The notes under the pieces were generated by a model that ran no database searches, was not told where the DNA came from, and saw only the letters and a program-made list of their open reading frames with translations. Positions 59,746-64,000 of a stretch of 64,000 nucleotides of DNA are shown here, piece by piece. Location of the stretch: NCBI GenBank assembly GCA_020845935.1, contig JADLEV010000072.1, positions 3,336 to 67,335 of the forward strand. The letters are read 5' to 3'. This DNA is from Gammaproteobacteria bacterium (lineage in GTDB: Bacteria; Pseudomonadota; Gammaproteobacteria; Ga0077536). The number at the start of each line of letters is the position of its first letter. Within the stretch, counting starts at the first letter, position 1. A program made the translations under genes and the position numbers.

Positions 59746-62106
59746 CTACGCGAACCTCGCCAAATCGATCCAGGTCTCGACCACGCTGTCGGGATTGAGC
59801 GAGATCGATTCGATCTGCTGGGCCATCAACCACTCGGCGAGGTCCGGGTGATCCGACGGACCCTGGCCGCAGATGCCGATGTACTTGCCGGCGGCGCGGC
59901 AGGCGCTGATGGCGCGTGCCATCAATTGCTTCACCGCTTCGTCGCGCTCGTCGAACGCGCCGGCGACCAGGCCGGAATCGCGATCGAGGCCGAGCGTCAG
60001 TTGCGTCAGATCGTTCGAACCGATCGAGAAGCCGTCGAAGTATTCGAGGAACTGCTCGGCGAGCAACGCGTTCGACGGCAGTTCGCACATCATGATGAGG
60101 CGCAGGCCATTCTCGCCGCGCTTCAGGCCGTGCTGCGCCAGCACGTCGATCACGCCGCGCGCCTCACTGACGGTGCGCACGAACGGGATCATCACCTCGA
60201 CATTGGTCAGCCCCAGTTCGTCGCGCACGCGCCGCACCGCGCGGCACTCGAGCGCAAAGCAGGGCTCGAACTCGGGCGCGATGTAGCGCGACGCGCCGCG
60301 AAAACCGAGCATCGGATTCTCTTCGCGCGGCTCGTACAGCGTGCCTCCCAGCAGGTTGGCATATTCGTTCGACTTGAAATCGGACAGGCGCACGATCACC
60401 GGATGCGGGAAGAACGCCGCGGCGATGGTCGCGATGCCTTCGACCAGGCGTTCCACGTAATAGCGCACCGGCTCGCCATAGGCGGCAATCTTCGGCGCGA
60501 TCTGCGCCCGCAGCTCGGCTGGAATGGAGTCATATTCGAGCAGTGCGCGCGGGTGGATGCCGATCATCCGGGCAATGATGAATTCGAGCCGGGCAAGCCC
60601 GACACCGGCATTCGGCAGGCGGCCGAAGGCGAATGCGCGATCGGGATTGCCGACGTTCATCATGATCTTGACCGGCAGTTGCGGCAGGTTGTCGAACGCG
60701 ATCTTCTGGTGTTCGAACCGCAACAGTCCCGTATAGACGTGCCCGGTATACCCATCGGCACAGGAGACCGTGACCGGGTCACCGTCGCGGATCATCGCGG
60801 TCGCATCGCCGCAACCGACCACCGCCGGCGTGCCCAGCTCGCGCGCAATGATCGCGGCATGGCAGGTGCGGCCGCCGCGGTTGGTGACAATCGCCGCGGC
60901 GCGCTTCATCACAGGCTCCCAATCCGGATCGGTCATGTCGGCAACCAGCACGTCGCCTTCGCGCAGCCGCTCCATGTCTTCGATCGAACGGATCACCCGG
61001 GCAATGCCAGCGCCGATCCGACCGCCGATGCTGCGGCCGCTGGCGAGTATGTCGCCACGCTCCAGCAGCACGAACCGCTCCAACCGCTGATCGGCGCGGC
61101 TCTGCACCGTTTCCGGCCGCGCCTGCACCACGTACAGCTTGTGATCGTGTCCGTCCTTCGCCCATTCGATATCCATCGGCCGACCGTAATGCTGCTCGAT
61201 CGCAAGCGCGATGCGGCCAAGCTCATGCAGATCCTCGTCCGAAAGACAGAAATGCTGGCGTTCGGCGGTGCCGGTCTCGATCGTGACGACGCCGCTGCCG
61301 TCGCCAGAGTGGATCATCTTCAAATGCTTGGCGCCAAGATTGCGCCGCAGGATCGCGGCCCGGCCGGCGCGCAACGCGGGCTTGTGCAGGTAGTACTCGT
61401 CCGGATTGATCGCGCCCTGCACCACCAGTTCGCCGAGCCCGTAACCGGCGGTGATGAACACGACGTCACGAAAGCCGGATTCGGTATCGAGCGTGAACAT
61501 CACGCCGGAGGTCGCGAGATCGCTGCGTACCATCAACTGTACGCCCGCGGACAGCGCTACCTTGTGGTGGTCGAAACCCTGATGCACGCGAGAGGCAATG
61601 GCGCGATCGTTGAACAGCGAGGCGAATACATCCTTGATGCGCGCCACCACCTGTTCGGTTCCGGTCACGTTCAAAAAGGTTTCCTGCTGCCCGGCGAACG
61701 AGGCATTCGGCAAATCCTCGGCGGTTGCCGACGAGCGCACCGCTACGGCGATGTCGCCGCTGCCATTTCCGAGCGCGGCATAGGCGGCGCGGACCGCACG
61801 GTCCAATGCCGCCGGCAACGGCGTCTCCTTGATCCAGGATCGGATCTCGCGGCCCACCTGCGCCAGCGCGGCCACATCATCGACCTCCAGCCTCGCCAAC
61901 CGTGCATGGATCCTTTTATCGAGGTCACCCTGCGCGAGGAACTCGCGATAGGCCGCGGCGGTGGTAGCGAAGCCGCCCGGCACGCGCACGCCGGCAGCGG
62001 CGAGATGGCGCAGCATTTCGCCGAGCGAGGCGTTCTTGCCGCCGACCCGTTCAATGTCGGTCAAGCCGAGGTGGTGCAGTTCGACGATATAATCCTGCAT
62101 GTGCAA
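59746..62106 (-). CDS. ppsA: phosphoenolpyruvate synthase
   Basis: 786 aa; ...[15 protein letters not shown]..., the phosphohistidine region [15 protein letters not shown], and a PEP-utilising C-terminal domain. Confidence 0.96.
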   Translation of the reverse strand: MHMQDYIVELHHLGLTDIERVGGKNASLGEMLRHLAAAGVRVPGGFATTAAAYREFLAQGDLDKRIHARLARLEVDDVAALAQVGREIRSWIKETPLPAALDRAVRAAYAALGNGSGDIAVAVRSSATAEDLPNASFAGQQETFLNVTGTEQVVARIKDVFASLFNDRAIASRVHQGFDHHKVALSAGVQLMVRSDLATSGVMFTLDTESGFRDVVFITAGYGLGELVVQGAINPDEYYLHKPALRAGRAAILRRNLGAKHLKMIHSGDGSGVVTIETGTAERQHFCLSDEDLHELGRIALAIEQHYGRPMDIEWAKDGHDHKLYVVQARPETVQSRADQRLERFVLLERGDILASGRSIGGRIGAGIARVIRSIEDMERLREGDVLVADMTDPDWEPVMKRAAAIVTNRGGRTCHAAIIARELGTPAVVGCGDATAMIRDGDPVTVSCADGYTGHVYTGLLRFEHQKIAFDNLPQLPVKIMMNVGNPDRAFAFGRLPNAGVGLARLEFIIARMIGIHPRALLEYDSIPAELRAQIAPKIAAYGEPVRYYVERLVEGIATIAAAFFPHPVIVRLSDFKSNEYANLLGGTLYEPREENPMLGFRGASRYIAPEFEPCFALECRAVRRVRDELGLTNVEVMIPFVRTVSEARGVIDVLAQHGLKRGENGLRLIMMCELPSNALLAEQFLEYFDGFSIGSNDLTQLTLGLDRDSGLVAGAFDERDEAVKQLMARAISACRAAGKYIGICGQGPSDHPDLAEWLMAQQIESISLNPDSVVETWIDLARFA

Positions 62107-62186
62107 TCCCGATTCAGGTTGTTGAGTGATGCCGGCGTTGCCGTGTGGTACGGATTCTATGCGAATTCAAGGAACCGAGGCATGAC

Positions 62187-63008
62187 ATGACCAAGCGCCG
62201 CGTGTTCTTCATTTCCGATCGTACCGGCATCACTGCCGAAACGCTCGGCGAAAGCCTGCTGACGCAGTTTCCGAGCGCCGACTTCGAGCGCGTGCATATT
62301 CCATTTGTCGACAATCCCGCTGCCGCCGCGCGCGCGGTTGCCGAGATCGAACGCGCCAGCCGCGATGACGATGCGCCGCCGCTGGTCTTCAGCACACTGA
62401 CCGACGACGCCATCCAGAACACGATCACCGCCTGCTGTCCCAACGTGTTCGATCTGTTCGGCACCTTCATCGGTCCACTCGAAGAGGTGCTCGATATCAA
62501 GTCGTCGCATTCGATGGGGCGGATGCACGGCATCGTCGATACGACGACCTATGACCGCCGCCTCAACGCGCTGAATTACACGTTGAGCCACGACGACGGC
62601 TTGAAGCCGAACGGTCTCGATGAAGCCGACATCGTGCTGCTCGGCGTCTCGCGCTCGGGCAAGACGCCGACCTGTCTCTACCTCGCGCTGCATTACTACC
62701 TGAAGGCGGCGAACTACCCGCTCGCCGAAGAGGATTTCGATCGCTCGCGGTTGCCGCCGACCCTCGCCAAGTGCCGCGACAAGTTGTACGGACTGACCAT
62801 CGTCCCCGAGCACCTCAGCCGCATCCGCCACGAGCGCCGCGCCTCCGGCAACTACGCCAGCCTCGCCCAATGCCGGCGCGAGGTCAGCGGCGCCGAAGCA
62901 CTGTTCCGTACCGAGAACATTCCGTATCTCGATTCGACCACGATCTCGATTGAAGAGATTGCGGCGACCATCGTCCGCGATATGAAGTTGCATCGCGCGG
63001 CACACTGA
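62187..63008 (+). CDS. ppsR: PEP synthase regulatory protein (bifunctional kinase/pyrophosphorylase, DUF299)
   Basis: MTKRRVFFISDRTGITAETLGESLLTQFP...LLGVSRSGKTPTCLYLAL...; divergent from ppsA. Confidence 0.93.
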   Translation: MTKRRVFFISDRTGITAETLGESLLTQFPSADFERVHIPFVDNPAAAARAVAEIERASRDDDAPPLVFSTLTDDAIQNTITACCPNVFDLFGTFIGPLEEVLDIKSSHSMGRMHGIVDTTTYDRRLNALNYTLSHDDGLKPNGLDEADIVLLGVSRSGKTPTCLYLALHYYLKAANYPLAEEDFDRSRLPPTLAKCRDKLYGLTIVPEHLSRIRHERRASGNYASLAQCRREVSGAEALFRTENIPYLDSTTISIEEIAATIVRDMKLHRAAH

Positions 63009-63174
63009 ACCGGCCATCGCCTCGTGGCCACAAGAATGCCTCGCGCTGAGCCTGCCCGTCATCCCATCGGACACTGCTTCCCATCGCGCAAGCGAACCGC
63101 GGCCTGCAAGGGGTGTGGCGGCACTCCGCCCCTCCATGGCGAACCGGTGTGACAAAGACAGGGGGTCCAGAAGG

Positions 63175-63513
63175 ATGCGCAAGGTATTCAGTTCCAATGA
63201 ACCCATTGAAACCGTGCTCGTTCGTGACGCGCTGCTCCACGGGGGCATCGACGTCACGATTCAGAACGAATACTCGGGCCGGTCTGCGATACCGGGGTTT
63301 CGACCGCCGGCAGAGATCTGGGTCGATCGGGATGACGACTACGAACGCGCGCGGCGGCTAGTCGTCGCCACACTCGCTATCCTGGATAGCGCAGCGGAGT
63401 CTCCATCGTGGGTCTGTTCCTATTGTCGGCAGAGCAACCCGCCGGCATTCGAAATTTGCTGGAACTGCGGGCGGGACCGCGTCGACAGCAGCGCCCGGGA
63501 CCCTAACCGATGA
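63175..63513 (+). CDS. DUF2007-like domain protein with a C-terminal zinc ribbon
   Basis: 112 aa from the ATG at 63175 (GAAGGA RBS). MRKVFSSNEPIETVLVRDALLHGGIDVTIQNE... plus CSYCRQSNPPAFEICWNC (CxxC..CxxC). Confidence 0.6.
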   Translation: MRKVFSSNEPIETVLVRDALLHGGIDVTIQNEYSGRSAIPGFRPPAEIWVDRDDDYERARRLVVATLAILDSAAESPSWVCSYCRQSNPPAFEICWNCGRDRVDSSARDPNR

Positions 63514-63606
63514 CAGGCAGACTCGCGACGTCCGCTCCAAACCAGCACGCAGCGGATTTGCTGCAGCACCGCTCGGGTCTCGGTGCGGCCGTTCGGTCAA
63601 CCCCGG

Positions 63607-64000
63607 CTACGATCCTGGCGGGCCGGTATCCCTGACCTCGAATTCGACGACGCCGGCATCGCGGAACTCGGCACGGTAGCGGCCGGGTTCGGCCAGGAGT
63701 GAATCGCCCAGCGCGCCGGTCAACAGCAACTGTCCCGGCTCGATGCGCTGGCCATGCGCCAGCAAGGTCCGGATCAGCGTGCTCAGGGCGAGGTACTGAT
63801 CATTCATCACATTGCTTGCCCGGCCGCGGTCGATGACCGTGTCGCCACGATACAGTTCGACAAAAAGTGCATTGACGGTCGTGGGTTCGGTATTCGGCAG
63901 CGGTGCACCAACGATGAACAAGCCGCCACTGCCGTTGGCCGCGATCAGATCGGGGACCGTCACCGCGGTACCGTCGAAATGGAGACGCGGCAATTCGATC
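63607..64000 (-). CDS. 2-keto-4-pentenoate hydratase / MhpD-like family protein (N-terminus off the right window edge)
   Basis: The frame stays open to the window end (..IELPRLHFDGT..). The C-terminus ...GRASNVMNDQYLALSTLIRTLLAHGQRIEPGQLLLTGALG... resembles this family. Confidence 0.5.
   Translation of the reverse strand, partial: IELPRLHFDGTAVTVPDLIAANGSGGLFIVGAPLPNTEPTTVNALFVELYRGDTVIDRGRASNVMNDQYLALSTLIRTLLAHGQRIEPGQLLLTGALGDSLLAEPGRYRAEFRDAGVVEFEVRDTGPPGS

Noticed and set aside
59557-62190. 877-aa ORF on the plus strand
   Set aside because: It is entirely antisense to the unmistakable ppsA. The product is Arg/Ala/Gly-rich with no motifs. This is a typical high-GC shadow ORF.

Overview
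High-GC (roughly 65%) gammaproteobacterial chromosome segment, densely packed and mostly core housekeeping. The gamma assignment is an inference from synteny: surE-pcm-nlpD-rpoS, metY-rimP-nusA-infB-rbfA-truB-rpsO-pnp, nadC/ampD-ampE and ppsA/ppsR. I call about 66 protein genes, 5 tRNAs (initiator tRNA-fMet plus a Pro-Arg-His-Lys operon), and several intrinsic terminators and promoters. I found no rRNA, CRISPR array, transposase, integrase, phage gene or recognisable defence or toxin-antitoxin module. I cannot point to a clear-cut new system; every functional idea below is inference from sequence reading only, with no database search. Accessory-looking stretches are 29.1-31.7 kb, 31.8-34.0 kb (orphan fliC-flaG), 34.0-47.3 kb and 54.6-59.7 kb. 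The strongest leads are three. First, a 55-bp perfect palindrome fills the divergent marR/RND-efflux control region and reads as two mirror-image promoters. Second, the operon it would control encodes a dehydrogenase, a Tat-exported NTF2-like protein, two tandem DUF3237 proteins and an MFS pump. Third, five genes are chained by overlapping start and stop codons: SRAP/YedK, a half-SPOR mini-protein, an unrecognised 245-aa protein, a quinohemoprotein with an N-terminal haem site, and an EI24/CysZ-like membrane protein. Smaller oddities include an initiator tRNA with a U1-U72 end pair, rpsO and pnp only 6 nt apart, and a Lys/Ala-rich H1-like gene built on 12-nt repeats. Many long ORFs in the supplied track are antisense or alternative-frame shadows typical of high-GC DNA, and I rejected them.
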